NCBI GenBank assembly: GCA_026936335.1
Contig: JAPMXV010000029.1
Span: 434,001 to 498,000 of the forward strand
Direction of reading: 5' to 3'
DNA length: 64,000 bases
Source: Mantamonas sphyraenae STR306
Lineage: Eukaryota; Protista; CRuMs
The notes under the pieces were generated by a model. It saw only the letters and a list, made by a program, of their open reading frames with translations. It was not told the DNA's origin and ran no database searches. This document shows positions 1 through 13,351 of the stretch, one piece after another. A program made the translations under genes and the position numbers. Positions within the stretch are counted from its first letter, which is position 1, and every line of letters starts with the position of its first letter.

Positions 1-3000
1 CCTGGAGGATGACATGGATGAGGAAGAGGGCGAGGAGGAAGGCGAGGTGGAGCTGTACGAGGTGGAACTGCAGCGCATCTTGCGTCGCTCGGGCGCAAAC
101 TGGACGTCGTCGTTCAAGTTCAACGGGTCGGCAGTCACGCAGGACAAGTACGACAGCTACCTGCAATCCATCAATATCCTGGTGCAAGCCCGCAACTTTC
201 TGGTGTTCCAGGTCAGTGTAGCGTTGTACGGCGCCCGAAAAAGCGGGTGGCGCCCTTTTTTGGCGGGAAGCCTGACACCTGACACACAACCACCCCCCCC
301 ACCAACCCCGTACACACGCACAACACGCACACTTGACACAGGGTGATGTGCAAAGCGTCGTGTCCACAAACCCCATGGAAAAGACACGGCTGTTTGAAAC
401 CATCTCCGGCTCGGGAGCGCTGAAGGACGAGTACGAACGGCTCAAGGCGCAGGTGGACGATGCCAAGATGCAAACATTGGAGCTGCACAAGCTGGTCAAG
501 GACAACCGCACGGAGAAGAAGCAGTACCTGGAGCAGAAGCAGGAGGTGGAAGAGTACGAGGCGCTTCTGGAACAGCGTGTAAGTGTGTGCCTGACCCCAC
601 GCGCTGCAACGCCGGCGAAAAGCGAGTCCTGATCACTCTTTGCGTTTTTCCTGATCACCCACCCGCCCCACTAGACCGCGCGCCCTCCACCTGCCTATGC
701 ACCCCTTGCACGCACTGACACGGTAAGCGGTGGCATCCCACACGACACAGAACACCGTGAATCTGCAGCAGGCGTTGTGGGAGGTGTACCACATGAACCT
801 GGAGATTGGCGAGCTGCACGAGAGCGTGCGGCAGGTGCAGGCGGAGTTGGAGGAGAAGCGACACCAGTACAAGCTGGGCCAAGAGCAACTGAAGGAGCTG
901 CGTCAGGAGGAAGCACGATTCCAGCGCGAACTGAGCAACATCGAGCGCCGCCAGGTGACCCTCAAGGAAACCGCACAGAAGCAACGCTCCGAGCACGTTT
1001 ATGCCACACAGGAGGCCCAGATGCGCCAGGACAAGATCACACAGCTGGAAAAAAGTGTCAAGGCTCTGGAAGAGGCACAGGACAAGCACCAGCGCACCAT
1101 TGCCGACCTCGAGAAGCAGCTGGACATTCGCCAAGCGTGACCAGGCTCGCTTCGAACAACAGGTCGAGGAGAACGCCACCAGCCAGCAGGGGCTCAAGCT
1201 GGGTGAGCAGGAACTGCGCGAGTATCGCAAACTGTATGTTGTCACCGTTTGACCTGCATACACACACACACACACACTCAGAGCTGCACTCACACACACA
1301 CACACACACACCACGTGCCACTCACAGCAAGGCAGAGGTCAAGACACAGACAAGCACACAGCAAGCAGAACTGGACACACTGCAGCGACAGGCCAGGAAG
1401 GACAAGGACAAGATGGCGGATCTGGAGCGACGCATGGCGGAGCTTGAAGAAGCGCGCAAGACACACACGGAGACGCGACAGCTGTCTGCAAGCAACCGCG
1501 ACAAGCGTGAGCAGTCCATTGTGCAGTTTTCTGCATCGCTGAACCAGATCGACGCCGAGATGAAGCAGCTCAATGCAGAACTCGCAACCATGCGCTCGCA
1601 GAAGCTGGAAACCGAGGCCGAACTGGAGCAGGTCTCTCTGCGCCTCAGCGAGGCCAGCGCAGACCACAGTGAGTCGGAACGCGAGGCCAAACAGCGCGAG
1701 TGCGTCGATTTCCTGCGCAATGCCCTGGGCGACAACGTGTACGGGCAACTGGGCGAGCTGTGTGAACCCGTCGACGATCGCTTCCGCATGGCCCTCACAG
1801 TGGTCCTGGGCCAGCACATCGACTCGGTCATTGTCGAGGACATGCGCACAGCCAAGGAGTGTGTGCAGTTGATGAAGGAGAAGCAGTTTGCGTCCATGAC
1901 GTTCCTGCCACTGGACTCCATCCGAGGCTCTGCCGTGCCCGACCACCTGCGCCGCATCTCCCAGACCGCTCGTCCAATCATCGACGTCGTCTCCTTTGAC
2001 GCTCGTCTCACACGAGCCCTGCAGTTTGTATGCGGCCACACGTTGGTTGTCGACACGCTGAAGGAGGCTCGCCAGCTGTGCTACGGCAGCAAAGGAGGCA
2101 GCCGCTCCTACACGGCCGTCACCGTCGACGGCACCAAGATTTCGGCCAACGGGTTCATGACCGGCGGCAAGGGCAACCTGCTGCACAAGGCCAAGCGCTG
2201 GGAGAGCAAGCAGAGCTCAAAGTCGATGGACAGCCTGCGCTCCGAGCGCAACTCTCTGCTCAAGCGCCTCGAGAGCTTCGGCAGCATGTTCAAGAAGCAG
2301 CGCGAGCTGGAAGAGAAGCAAATCGAGTCGATGGGTCTGCACAATCGCATCCGCTTCACGCAGAGCGACAGGGACCAGATGGAGAAGGCTCTGGAGGCGA
2401 CAGAGAACACGCTCAAGGCAGTGGACACGCAGGTGCAGGCGCTGGAGGAGCAGATGGAAACCTTGCGCGAGTCCATGCAGGAGCGTCAAAAGACCATGGA
2501 GAGCCTGGAGGCGGAAATCCGCCAGGTGGAGGGTCAGGTGCTGGGCGACTTTTCCAAGTCCATCGGCCTGGACAACATCCGCGAGTATGAGCAGCAGCTG
2601 GAGCAAACGATGAAGGCAGAGGCAGACAAGCGGCTCAAGTACAGCGAGCTGCTGGCCAAAATCGAGGCCGAGCTGGAGTACCAGCGCTCGCGCGATACGG
2701 CGTCGCCCTTGCAGCGGGCGCATGGGGACCTGGAGGTGGAGAACAACGCACTGAACAACGTCAAGAAGCAGCAGGAGAGGCTGCGTGAACAGTACGATGC
2801 AACAAACGCCAAGGTGGCCAAGCAGGCTCGGGACGCAGAGAAGCATCGTCAAGCCAACGAGTCGGTGCTGGAAAAGGTGGCTGCGCTGAAGAAGCTCAAC
2901 AGCCAGCTGAACGCGGACATCGGCAAGTTGACGAAGCGATACAACGAGAAGGAGGTGCAGCTGAGCGACGTACGCCACAAGCGCCACCAGCTTTTCTGTG

Positions 3001-4133
3001 TGGTGAACGAGCAGAATCTGCAGCTGCCCGTGGTCACGGGCCAGTCTGTCCTGGACGTCAGCACAGGCAGCACGGCGAGTGCCGCAAGCAGCAGCAGCAG
3101 CAGCGGCAGCGACAGCGCGGGAGGCAGTGACCCCATGGACACACAATCGAGCCTGGACAGGTCGTCGTCGTCGGTGTCCGAGTCGACTCTGTCAAGCGAC
3201 GCAGCGGGTGCGTACGAGTTCTTGGGCAGCAAGAAAGACCTTGTGCGCGAAGACAAGATCGAGTTTGACTTTGACGCGATCGAGGAATGGATCGAAGGAG
3301 GCAGCGACTTCAAGACGGTGAGCGAGACGCTGGAGGCAAAGTTGACGGACCTGAACGCGCGCATGAAGGACATCTCGCCGAACCAGCATGCAGAAGATAA
3401 CCTGAACAGCGTGGCAAAGAGGCTGGCAGACAGGCAGAAGCAGTTCTCTCGCGCCAAGGCGCAGTCGAACAAGGCAACGAGCGAGTTTAAGCGCGTGCAG
3501 CAGAAGCGCAAGGAGCTGTTTGTGAGCGCTGTGCAGCACGTGGAGCGTGTCATCGACGACATCTACAAGGAGCTGACAAGCCATGCGGGCATGCAGGGCG
3601 GCGTGGCGTCGCTGACAATGGACGCCGGTGGAGACGAGCCGTACCTGGCCGGCATCCAGTATCAGGTCATGCCTGCCAACAAGCGCTTCCGCGCAATGAG
3701 CGAGCTGTCTGGTGGCGAGCAGACAATGGCAGCGCTGGCTCTGCTTTTTGCCATCCACAGCTACCAGCCCTCGCCTTTCTTTGTGCTGGACGAGGTGGAC
3801 GCCGCGCTTGATCTCGTCAACGTGCAGCTGTTCACCAACTACATTCGCAAGCAGAGTGCAAACATGCAGTGCATTGTCATTTCGCTCAAGGAGACGTTCT
3901 ACAGCACGGGAGACTCGCTCATCGGCGTGTACCGCCAAACGGACCACTCGCGCACACTGTCGCTGGATCTGCGGCCGTTTGAGATGGTCACGCAGCCGTT
4001 GCACGTGGCCACCGACAGCATCAACGTCAGCAGTAGCAGCAGCAGGAGCAGTAGGAGCAGCAGAAGCAGAAGCAATGGCCTGGACCTGGACGACGAGGAA
4101 GGTGAGTGGGAAGGGCAGATGGTGGCCGTGTAG
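1..4133 (+). CDS. SMC1: Cohesin subunit SMC1, 5'-truncated by the window; introns ~212-341, 579-750, 1234-1327; 1-nt frame break near 1127
   Basis: NILVQARNFLVFQ|GDV and LFETISGSG N-terminal motifs, hinge (VYGQLGELC, TFLPLD, AVTVDGT..GFMTGG), coiled coils, C-terminal LSGGEQTMAALALLFAIHSYQPSPFFVLDEVDAALD signature/Walker B typical of SMC1. Confidence 0.96.
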
Positions 4134-4255
4134 GTGACGGGAATGCAACACACACACGAATCACTACATTGTACACCGTGTTGCGGAATTCATTTCAATT
4201 TCTTCAATTTCTTCGACGCAGACACAGCTGGAAAGGACAAGGACGACGACGGAGG

Positions 4256-6058
4256 TCATGCGCCGACGTTGTCGAGAACGGTCGCCACGGTCTTGCGAAT
4301 CACGCGTGCGGCCTGGTCCAGATCCTGGTTGGTATGAGCCACACTGACAGCCAGGCGAATGGACGGGTTGGGCAGGTTGCGCTTGCGGGGGGCGTGCTTG
4401 GTGCGGGTCAGCAAGACGCCGCTTTCAAAGCAGCGCTCCACAACCTCCTGCAGAGCCATCTCCTCCAGGTTGCGGCTCTCTGGATGACGCTCCTCAAATT
4501 CCAGCACCACCAGGGGAACGATGTCGTCGCCGCGCACAATCATGCCGTCCATGTCCTTGAGGGCGTTGCGCAGGCGCATCGACTTTTCCCGCAGCGTGGT
4601 CAGGAGCTCGGGGTTCTTCTGCATCTTGCGGATGCTCTCAATGGTCATGGTGACCAGGAACGGAGGCAGCGAGGCGGAGAACACATAGCCCGAACCGTGC
4701 AGGCGCTGGTAGTCCACCACTTCCGGGGTGGAGCCCACAGTGAAGCCGCCCGTGGCGCCCAGCGAGCGATCCATGCCGCCAATGTAGATGTCCACATCCT
4801 TGGCAGCCTGCAGACCAAAGTGCTCCGGGGTGCCGCGGCCCGTGGGGCCCATGCAGCCAAAGCCCACCGAGTCGTCCAAGATGAGGCGCCACTTGAAGCG
4901 GTCCTTGAGCACCACAATGCGGTCCAGCGGTGCAATGTCGCCAGTGTCTGCAAACACACCCTCCGTCACCACGTAGCGGCGAGTCAGTTTGCGGCCCGTC
5001 TCCTTGTCCACCAGGGCCACTTCCTCCAGCAGCTGCTCCAGGTGCGCCACGTCGTTGTGGCGGAACTGCTTCACGATGCAGCGCGTCAGATCAATTGCCG
5101 TCTGGATGGCATAGTTGCACGCCTCGTCACTGTGGATGGCATACGCGGGAATGTGATGGGTTGTGTGTGAGTTGCACAGACGAGCTCCTTTGCGACACCC
5201 CACATGGCACATTCCCCATGCATGGAATGCAGGGGCATGAAATCACGGATGGCCCGTCTCGTGGCTACACCTACACAATGATCATGTCCACCTTCTTGGC
5301 AAAGGCCGGAATGGCCGAGATGACGGTGGTGAACGGCGACGCATACAGGATCGAGTCGTTGGTGCCGTACAGCTCGGCAAGAGTCTCCTCCAGCTCAAGG
5401 TGTACGTCTGTATGCCGGCGCGTGTGTGTCAAGTGGCGTGTGCGCAACAGGTGTCAGTCTCAAGAGTTGTCAGGCGGGCGCTGCTGCTGCGTTTCCTGGA
5501 GGGAAAACACTCGGCGCGCGAAATTTTTTTGGCGGCTCAGGAAATCCACGCACCAAAGGTCCCGTAGAAGCCGCGAGGCCCACAGCTGCCGACGCCGTAC
5601 TTGCGGATGGTGTTCTCGCCGACGCCAAGCACGCCCTGGTCCTGGAGGAAGCCCAGGTAGTTGTGGGTGGCCAGGTTGATGACCTGGTGGCCGCTGACCG
5701 AGACACGAGGGCCGGCCATGCCGTCGAGGACCGGGGCGCGCAGGTTGAGCTGGTCCAGCTCCGTCAGCGGCTTGTTCAGCAGCGGCTCGGGCTGCCACTC
5801 CTTGCACAGCTTGTTGATCTCCGCCTCGGTGAGCTTGCTGTCGTCCGTCTTGTCAAACGGCTTCATGCAGGCCAGAAGCAGAACGATGAACAGCACCAGC
5901 GCAATCTCAAAGAACACGTGGTACGGGTTTGCGTGCAACACCTCACGGATGTAGTCAAACGCAAGCCACGACACATGGGACGCAAAGTCCTTGGCGCTCT
6001 GCGGCACCAGGATGCTCAGTGCATCAAAGATGGACTTGTTGAAGAACGAATCGGACAT
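4256..6058 (-). CDS. LCB1: Serine palmitoyltransferase subunit 1 (LCB1/SPTLC1); 3 exons (introns ~5408-5553 and ~5130-5273)
   Basis: N-terminal TM, EWQPEPL, NLATHNYLG, KYGVGSCGPRGFYGTF|DVHLELEE, LILDDSVGFG..G.TGRG, GYVFSASLPP; lacks the PLP lysine (MDRSLG), as expected for LCB1. Confidence 0.93.
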
Positions 6059-6183
6059 CTGCTTGCTTGCCCCGCCGCGGCCATCGACCCCCTTCCATCC
6101 AGCCCCGCGCCACCGCCCCCCCCCTACCCCGGCCCACATCCCCGCGGCTGCTTTCTGCCCCCACACACCCTGTGTTTGCTCGC

Positions 6184-8299
6184 ATGTTTGCCAGGTCCGT
6201 CTCTCGGCCCGCAGGCACCTCTGCCAACCACGGGACGGCAGCCCTTTTGAACGCCCTCAACCTCGTGCGAGACGACGTCCACGCTACAGCCTCGGCTTCT
6301 GCGCTCTCCCTTGGCTCCGTTGCTTCCATTCACACACGCGCTGCCTCTCCTGCTCATTGCATGCAGAGCAAGCGCTCCAGCGACGTCTCGGTGGGCAACA
6401 ACGCCTCCACCCTCGACTACTACAACGTCGAGATGCCGCCCAAGGGCTATATCCAGCAGTACCTCATGGATCAGGCGCACGACACAAGCTTTGCCGCTCG
6501 CCAAGTCGCCACTCATCTGCGTGAATTCGAGGTGAGGCCCCTCTACCGGTCACCGCGTTCCTCTCTCCCTCCCAACTGCAGCTGCTCACCCACAAACACC
6601 CCACGTCGCCACCCACCCACACAACGCGCTTCTTCTTGCACAGGCCCGCAAGAAACACATCCGACACCTAGCACAGGCAAACATCTTGCCCATGGTGGAC
6701 CCCTATCGCGTGCACGCCAACAATGATGTCGAGTTCGTTTGCCCCAAGCTTTCCGTTCCTTCTCTGCCCCACACCCTGCCGTTTCCCCTGCAGCCCAACC
6801 CTGCCGACAAACCCACATGCAGCTTCCAGCCGTGTTGTTTTCCTCCAACTGTCACTCACACAGCCTGCCCGTGTCCTCTCCACGGCCACACCGGGCGGTC
6901 ACACGCACTTTGCAGCATGTCCCAAATCGAAATGATCGGCTTCGACTACGACTACACACTGGTGGACTACACCGAAGAGCTGGACCAGCTCATCTACGAG
7001 CTCGCCAAGGAGCACATGGTCGACGTGCTGGGCTACCCTCCCTCCCTCATGGACTGTAAATTCGACCCAACCTACGCCAGCCGCGGCCTGTACTACGATC
7101 GCAACACGGGCAACCTCATGAAGCTCGACTTTCTCAAACGCATGCAACCGGGCACTGTCTACTTTGGACGCCAGCCTCTGAGCCGCGAGCAGCTTGAGGC
7201 CACGTACGACAGCCTGCAGATCTCCCGGTTCTACTTTGCCGACCATCTGCGGCCCATGAACGACCTCTTCACCATCCCCGAGGCCTGTCTCATTTCCGAT
7301 ATCATCCAATCATTTGTCGAATCCAACATCGACTTTGCCCCATCCTACATTCTCGAGGACGTTCAGCAGGCCGTCGAGAGCATCCACTACACATCCCTCC
7401 ATAGCGAGATTGCAAAGGACATCAGCAAGTACGTGGTGCAAAACCAAGGCGTGGTCGACCTTCTCGTCCGCTGGAAGCGTGCGGGCAAGAAGCTGTTTCT
7501 CCTCACCAACAACAAGTTCCAGAACGTCAACGCCGGCATGAGCCACCTCACACGCAGCTTCCTCCCTCCCGAGTATGCCGACTGGCGTGAGTTGTTTGAC
7601 TACATCATGTGCAGTGCAGACAAGCCTGAGTGGTACCGTGGCAAGCGTCCCTTCCGCATGCTCGACCGCTACACAGGGCGCATCAACTGGCGCAAGATCG
7701 ATCGCCTCCAACAGGGCGAAGTCTATGTCCACGGCTCCCTGAGCTGGTTCCACAGCCTCGTCGGCGTCAACCCACGCAACATTTTGTACATTGGGGACAA
7801 CCTTGCCGCCGACCTCGAAGAGGCCACCGCCATCCTCGGCTGGAACACCTGCGTCATCATACGTGAAATGGAGCGCGAAATCCATGTGCAGAACACACCC
7901 CAGTATCGACAGATTCTCCTCTCATTCCTGGAAGCTCAAAAGATGCTCTCGCGCGTCGGCAAGCACATGAACAAGGACAGCGCCTTCTTTGGCAATTTGC
8001 AGAAGGAGCTTGCCTGGTACCGCCGCATGATCAAGGAGCTCATCAATCCGCACTTTGGCTCCATCTTTCGCACACACAACCACTCCACCATGCTTGCCTA
8101 CCACATCCAAGAGTATGCCGACGTGTACACCTCCTCACTGCAGAACTTTACAAAGTACTCGGACACCCATCTCTTTTATGCCCAGCGCAAGTATCTCCCG
8201 CATGAAGAGATCTTTGTCACTTTTGACTCCTCCATGGGTGCCCTCCTCGAGGAAGATGAGCTGCCCGACAACGACGAAAACCCCTTTGAGCGCGAATGA
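6184..8299 (+). CDS. HAD-superfamily cytosolic purine 5'-nucleotidase domain protein (NT5DC-like); introns in the 5' part, possible organellar targeting peptide
   Basis: GFDYDYTLVDY HAD motif I, GKKLFLLTN, WRELFDYI..A.KP, ILYIGDNL..D, NPHFGSIFRT, YADVYTS; the start codon is inferred. Confidence 0.88.
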
Positions 8300-8323
8300 A
8301 CGCATTTTTTGGCGGAGTCACGG

Positions 8324-10095
8324 TCACGGCTGCCTCAGCATCGCCAGTATCCGTTCCATCACCTCGTCTGGCAGCGTGACCCACCCTTCCCATCCTTTCT
8401 CTTCTGTGTACTCGTCCATGCCGCCGGCTTCAAACATTTCCTCCCTCTCCATCCCATTCATCACCAGCGCAGTTTCCAACTCCATGTCCAATTGATCCGA
8501 ACACAACCAGTGCCACGTGGGCGTCCACATGTGCACGACGAGCATCTGCCGTGCGTACTCGGCGCGTTCCGCTGGAGTCATCATCTCTCGCGCGCCATAC
8601 GCCGTCAGCACCTCTTCCATGGCTTTCCCCTGCCCGTTGAGCAGTGCCTTCATCACGGCTGGAGATCTCCACTGTTTCGTGTTTGCAGGCACACCTTGTT
8701 CCAACAGACTCGCGACCTTGTCAACCTCTCCGCGCTCGACTGCGTCATCAGATTGTTTGCATCCTCTTGATTCCGTGCAACCGATGAAAACCACGCTTCT
8801 GTCGAAGCGAGTCCCCTGTTCTCATCGGCCGCATCATTGATTGCGGCTCGCATCCGCTCAGTGCACTGTCCGACCGTCGACCACGGCCCTGAGCACTTGC
8901 GTACGGACTTGTTGCGCATTATCTCCACAATTGCGTCGTGGGTTTCATCGCTCCACGCAGGAAACTGTGAGACACGCAACGTGAAGAATTCCACCTCGGC
9001 CACGGTGGGGTGCTTCGCAAGGGCTCCTGCGATGATCTGCACGCTTTCGTCCCCCATGTCTTTCGAAACCAGACGAATGACCAACCTGCGCAGCTGATGC
9101 ATCTTTGACAATGCGGAGACGAGCACTTCAGCTGCAGGCACGGTCATTTCGAAAAGCGCAATCGGCAGGGACAACTCGTCCAGATTCGGTGTTCCATTCA
9201 GGGCCTGCAACAGCACCATGCCATCCATGCGGCGACGAGTGTTGTACACTGTGCTTTGCTCATGGACCAGGCCGGACAAGTCCAGACGGAGAAGGTTGGA
9301 GCCGTGGGAAGAAAGCACCTCGCTGAAGCTCTCCAGGTCATCTGCGTTCATGCCGCCCGACAGCTCCAACTTTTGCAAATGGCCTTCTTCCAACATACAG
9401 CGCACACCTGCACACGCATCCAGGCGGGAAGGTGTGAATCTGTTGCCTTCGCCCAACAGCAGTTCTTGCAGGTCGGTCTTGCATGCTGCCTCGCACAACC
9501 GTGTCAGACCTTCCCCCGTGAATCTTGTGCTAAGCACATTCAAACGCAGAATCTCTGGCTTTTGGCCCAAAAGATTCACCATGGCCTCTATGCTGGCGTC
9601 CGATATGGCTGTGCCAGCCAATTCGAGGTACTGCAGGCCAGGAATGCTGCCCAGGGCAGGAGCCACCACTTCGAAGCCAACATCATCGATAAAGACGCTG
9701 TGCGAAAAGTCGATGTACACGAGATTGTTCTTGGCGTGCTGCAAGGCGTGAGAGAAGCGTTGCATGCTCTTCATGGGCACTTTGTCTTCCAACCCGATGA
9801 TGAACAGCATCTCCAGCTCAGGCAGACCCATGAGCAAGTCTGCCAAGTGCTCGAAACACTTCCCAGGTGGGGTGAGTTCGCAATTGCTGAGCGCCAACAT
9901 GGACATTCGCGAACCCTTGGCCCCTTCGGCCAGAACCCTCATCCCAGCAGCCGACACTTCCTCACCCTCAAACCACGGTGTTGGATCATCAGCCAAAGCG
10001 CTCTGGACACCCTCCACGTCGCCATCCATGCAGCAGCGGATGATCTCTGACATTTGCAAAACTTGTTTCTTCTTCTGGGTGCCCCTGCGCGCCAT
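8324..10095 (-). CDS. RNI-like LRR protein with an ankyrin-like repeat and a C-terminal F-box-like motif; frame break at ~8746
   Basis: LxxLxL repeats in ORF 8653-10095; restoring one G gives LMDAVERGEVDKVASLLEQGVPAN (ANK) continuing in the 8324-8794 frame to WVTLPDEVMERILAMLR. Confidence 0.7.
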
Positions 10096-10122
10096 CGTCG
10101 CCCAACCTCATCCTCACACACC

Positions 10123-10387
10123 TCACTGCTCGTCCTCTCCTTCAGCGTCTTGGTCGTGGTCGAGCGAGTCACCGCTGTTGCTGGCCATGCTTGCCCCAAA
10201 GTCGACAACCGTCCCGTCAAACGGATTCACGGTCTGAATGACCCCCAGAGCATTCATGCGTTGGATCAAACCGGCCACGCGCTCGGCCTCGGCTTCAGCC
10301 TCCTCCTCTGTCCATCCTTCAGGGATGGCCGACGACCGAGTCTGTCCACTGCTGCTGCTGCCTCCAGCGCCCGTGCCGCTGCTCCCA

Positions 10388-10425
<38 letters not shown>

Positions 10426-12062
10426 TCCGCCACCTCCCGACGCCAGACTGGCACTCAAATCGTCTTCTTGGTCTGCTACGTCGTATCTCGTCTCATTCCA
10501 CTCGGTTGCTTTGATCTGTTTGCTGCCTGCACTGCCCAGCGCACCCCACAAGCCCTTGGCCGTCAGCAGGCCTGCAGCGTTGCCCAGTCCAGTGCGGTTT
10601 GTAAATTCTTTGGCGTCATTGTGGCACAGTTCGTACAGGAATTCCGTGGCTGCGCGGTTGACCATGTCCGTGCTGCACGTCAACAACGAAATCAGCTTGT
10701 CCTCCAACAGATCGGACTCGCGCAGCTCGCTTGGCTTCTTGCGGTCCACCACATCCGCGCCCTTGGGTTCCTCCCTACCTGAAAACACCATTGTATGCAG
10801 CCTCTCGTGCCATTCCTCGTTGCATCGTGCCACCACCATCAACGTCGACAACACCTGCGCCGCCTCACGCGTTGGCATGGTCCTGTCCTCGATTTCCACG
10901 TCCAACACCGCAAACAGGCCCCGAAGCAAGTGGTCCTTGTCATCGATGGTGTCGTGCACGTACAAGAAGACGTTGGACAACAGGTTGCACGCCCACCGCT
11001 GCACAGTGCGCACGTCGTCGTCCCTCGGATCCTCCTTCAGCGCCTGCACCAGCCATGCCGTCAACTGCACCAGTTCATCGTGCACGGCACTGTCCAGCGA
11101 CTCCACCGCTTCCATGCGTGCGTCGGCATTGTCCAGCGCTTGCGCCGAAAACGTGCCAAGTTCCATCGTTGCCTGAAACATCGCCAGACAAGCAAAGTCC
11201 AGCGCAGTCTCTGCGTAGGTGGATGTGGAGAGGAAGCGCTCGAGCACACGTGTCATGATGCCCACAATGTGACTGTTGTTCTCCAACAGGCTCGACGCGA
11301 GGTCCCCCTTTCCCGAGAACAACACGCACAGGAAGCGACACAGCCCCATGTATACACCTGTACTGTGATCTGTGTCTGTGTTGCTCGTCAGGTTCTGTGT
11401 GCGGGGTGTGGGCACTCGGTGTCAGCGTGGGAAGGGTGCGGGTAGCGGAAGCAGCGACAAATACTCACCGTTTCGATGCAGGTGAGGATGCTGGTGCATG
11501 TGTCCACAGTCAAAGCCCCCGACACAGACGAGAGGTACGATGGACGCATGATGGACATGTTGATGAGGAGCTTGAGCACGTTGGCCTGCAGCGCAACATC
11601 GTCAAGACCCACCTCCGGCGCTGCACACACCAGTGACGACGACGAGTTTGGCGTTATTCCACAAAGATGCAGGAGCACCTGCACAAAGTCTGGATGGTAC
11701 ACACAGGTGAACCCAGCTGCCAGCGGAGCCTGGTTCTTCAGGAAGAACACAAACGCGCTTTTGGCCTTTACGTTGTTCTCCAGCTCCCAGCTGCTGGTCA
11801 GCGCACATACAATGGGCATTACCAAACCTCGCAGTTGTGTCTCTTGGATGAGTGTGTGGTGTGCTGCAACGCCACGTGTGCGAGCTCGTGTCAGACGTGC
11901 GAGTCCTGGGGTCCTATCTGTTCATTTGCTCAACTCACGTGCTGTGGTCTCATTGTACGTCTGCACCGCATCCAGCCACGCTGCCGCCGTTGGTTGATCC
12001 AGCGTGTCAGCAGAGCTGGACTGGGCCAGCTGGGCAATGTTGTTCAGTGCTGTGGTGGCCAT
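10123..12062 (-). CDS. RIC8: Ric-8/synembryn G-alpha GEF/chaperone; 2 introns
   Basis: EFLYELCHNDAKEFTNRTGLGNAAGLLTAKGL and W/MTEEEAEAEAERVAGLIQRMNALGVIQ match the Ric8 C-terminal motifs; the start MATTALNN is inferred. Confidence 0.88.
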
Positions 12063-12096
12063 GGGCAAATCGTGCCTCCGCCGACGCAGCCACCGA

Positions 12097-13335
12097 ATGG
12101 CATCCTTCCAGACCCAATTCCACGGATACAACGTACGTTGCTGGTTGCACCGTTCCCCTCTCACCTTGCCGGCCCCTCCCTTTCTCCCCTTGCGCCCCAC
12201 GGTGGCTTGCATTGACACCAGGTTGCAACGGATGCAGGTTGCCTTCAGCCCCTACCTGGAGAACCGTCTTGCCGTGGCCTCGGCACAGCACTTTGGAATC
12301 GTCGGCAACGGCCAGCTGGTCGTCCTCGACTACTCCAGCGATGGCGTGGACGCAGAGTTGGCCGGCTCATCGTCGTCCTCGTCGTCGGAGAGTACTTTGT
12401 CTGGCGGAAGCGCAAGTGGCGGCGGCGGCGAGGCAGCGCTGTCCATTGTGCGTGTGTTTGACACCATGGACGGCCTATACGACTGCGCGTGGAGCGAACA
12501 GAACCAGGACCATGTGTTGGCTGCCTGTGCAGATGGTTCCATCAAGCTGTTTGATGTGGCAGACACCGGAAACACGCGGCCGCTTGCCGCCTGGACAGAA
12601 CACACCCAGGAAGCACACAGCGTCAACTGGAACCCTGTGTCACGCAACTCCTTTGCTACTGCCTCCTGGGACCAGAGCGTCAAGGTCTGGTCTCCCGAGT
12701 CGTCCAGCAGCGTGTGTTCCTGGACCGAGCACATGTACTCTGTGTACGAGGTCGCGTGGTCGCCCACAGATGATTGCCTTCTCGCCTCGGTTGCCGGTGA
12801 CCAGTATCTTAAGCTGTGGGACACGCGCAGCGACAAAAGTGTCCTCTCTGTACATGCACACGACTACGAGATCCTCACCTGCGACTTTCACAAGTATGAT
12901 CCCAACCTGCTCGTCACAGGATCTGTGGACACCTTTCTGCGCGTGTGGGACGTGCGAGCCCCGGAACAACCCATCTTTCAGCTCCAGGGCCACACCATGG
13001 GTGTCCGACGTGTACGCTGCTCGCCACACTCGGACACCGTCGTCGGCAGTGTTGCCTACGACATGACCTTCTGCCTCTGGGACCTCTCATCCAACAGTGT
13101 CACTGACCGCTATGCACACCACACCGAGTTTGTCGTCGGCCTCGACTTTAATATGTTCACCCAGGGCCGAGTGGCCACCTGCGGCTGGGACAACTCGCTC
13201 TTTGTCTTTCAGCAGGGCCAGGAGCCCCCTTCACACCCCAAGCACTCCACCATCAAGAAGCAGAACTCAGAACAAAAGCACCAAGACACCAGCGTGCACG
13301 AGGCAAGAGTCAATCTCAACAAACCAGGACTGTGA
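12097..13335 (+). CDS. PEX7: Peroxisomal PTS2 receptor PEX7 (WD40); intron ~12133-12237
   Basis: FQTQFHGYN|VAFSPYLENRLAVASAQHFGIVGNG, DGLYDCAWSE, AHDYEILTCDF.KY, HHTEFVVGLD. Confidence 0.95.
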   Translation: MASFQTQFHGYNVRCWLHRSPLTLPAPPFLPLRPTVACIDTRLQRMQVAFSPYLENRLAVASAQHFGIVGNGQLVVLDYSSDGVDAELAGSSSSSSSESTLSGGSASGGGGEAALSIVRVFDTMDGLYDCAWSEQNQDHVLAACADGSIKLFDVADTGNTRPLAAWTEHTQEAHSVNWNPVSRNSFATASWDQSVKVWSPESSSSVCSWTEHMYSVYEVAWSPTDDCLLASVAGDQYLKLWDTRSDKSVLSVHAHDYEILTCDFHKYDPNLLVTGSVDTFLRVWDVRAPEQPIFQLQGHTMGVRRVRCSPHSDTVVGSVAYDMTFCLWDLSSNSVTDRYAHHTEFVVGLDFNMFTQGRVATCGWDNSLFVFQQGQEPPSHPKHSTIKKQNSEQKHQDTSVHEARVNLNKPGL

Positions 13336-13351
13336 TTCCTTGTTTTTGTTG

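Noticed and set aside
1135-1143. Euplotes-style +1 frameshift at a stop codon in SMC1
   Set aside because: The other breaks need a shift in the opposite direction and at least two are not at stop codons; indel error is more parsimonious
1259-1311. (CA)n/(GT)n/(GA)n tracts in introns and UTRs, and (AGC)n/(TCC)n poly-Ser/Gln tracts in exons
   Set aside because: Ordinary microsatellites throughout the window; no repeat-spacer array and no transposon termini
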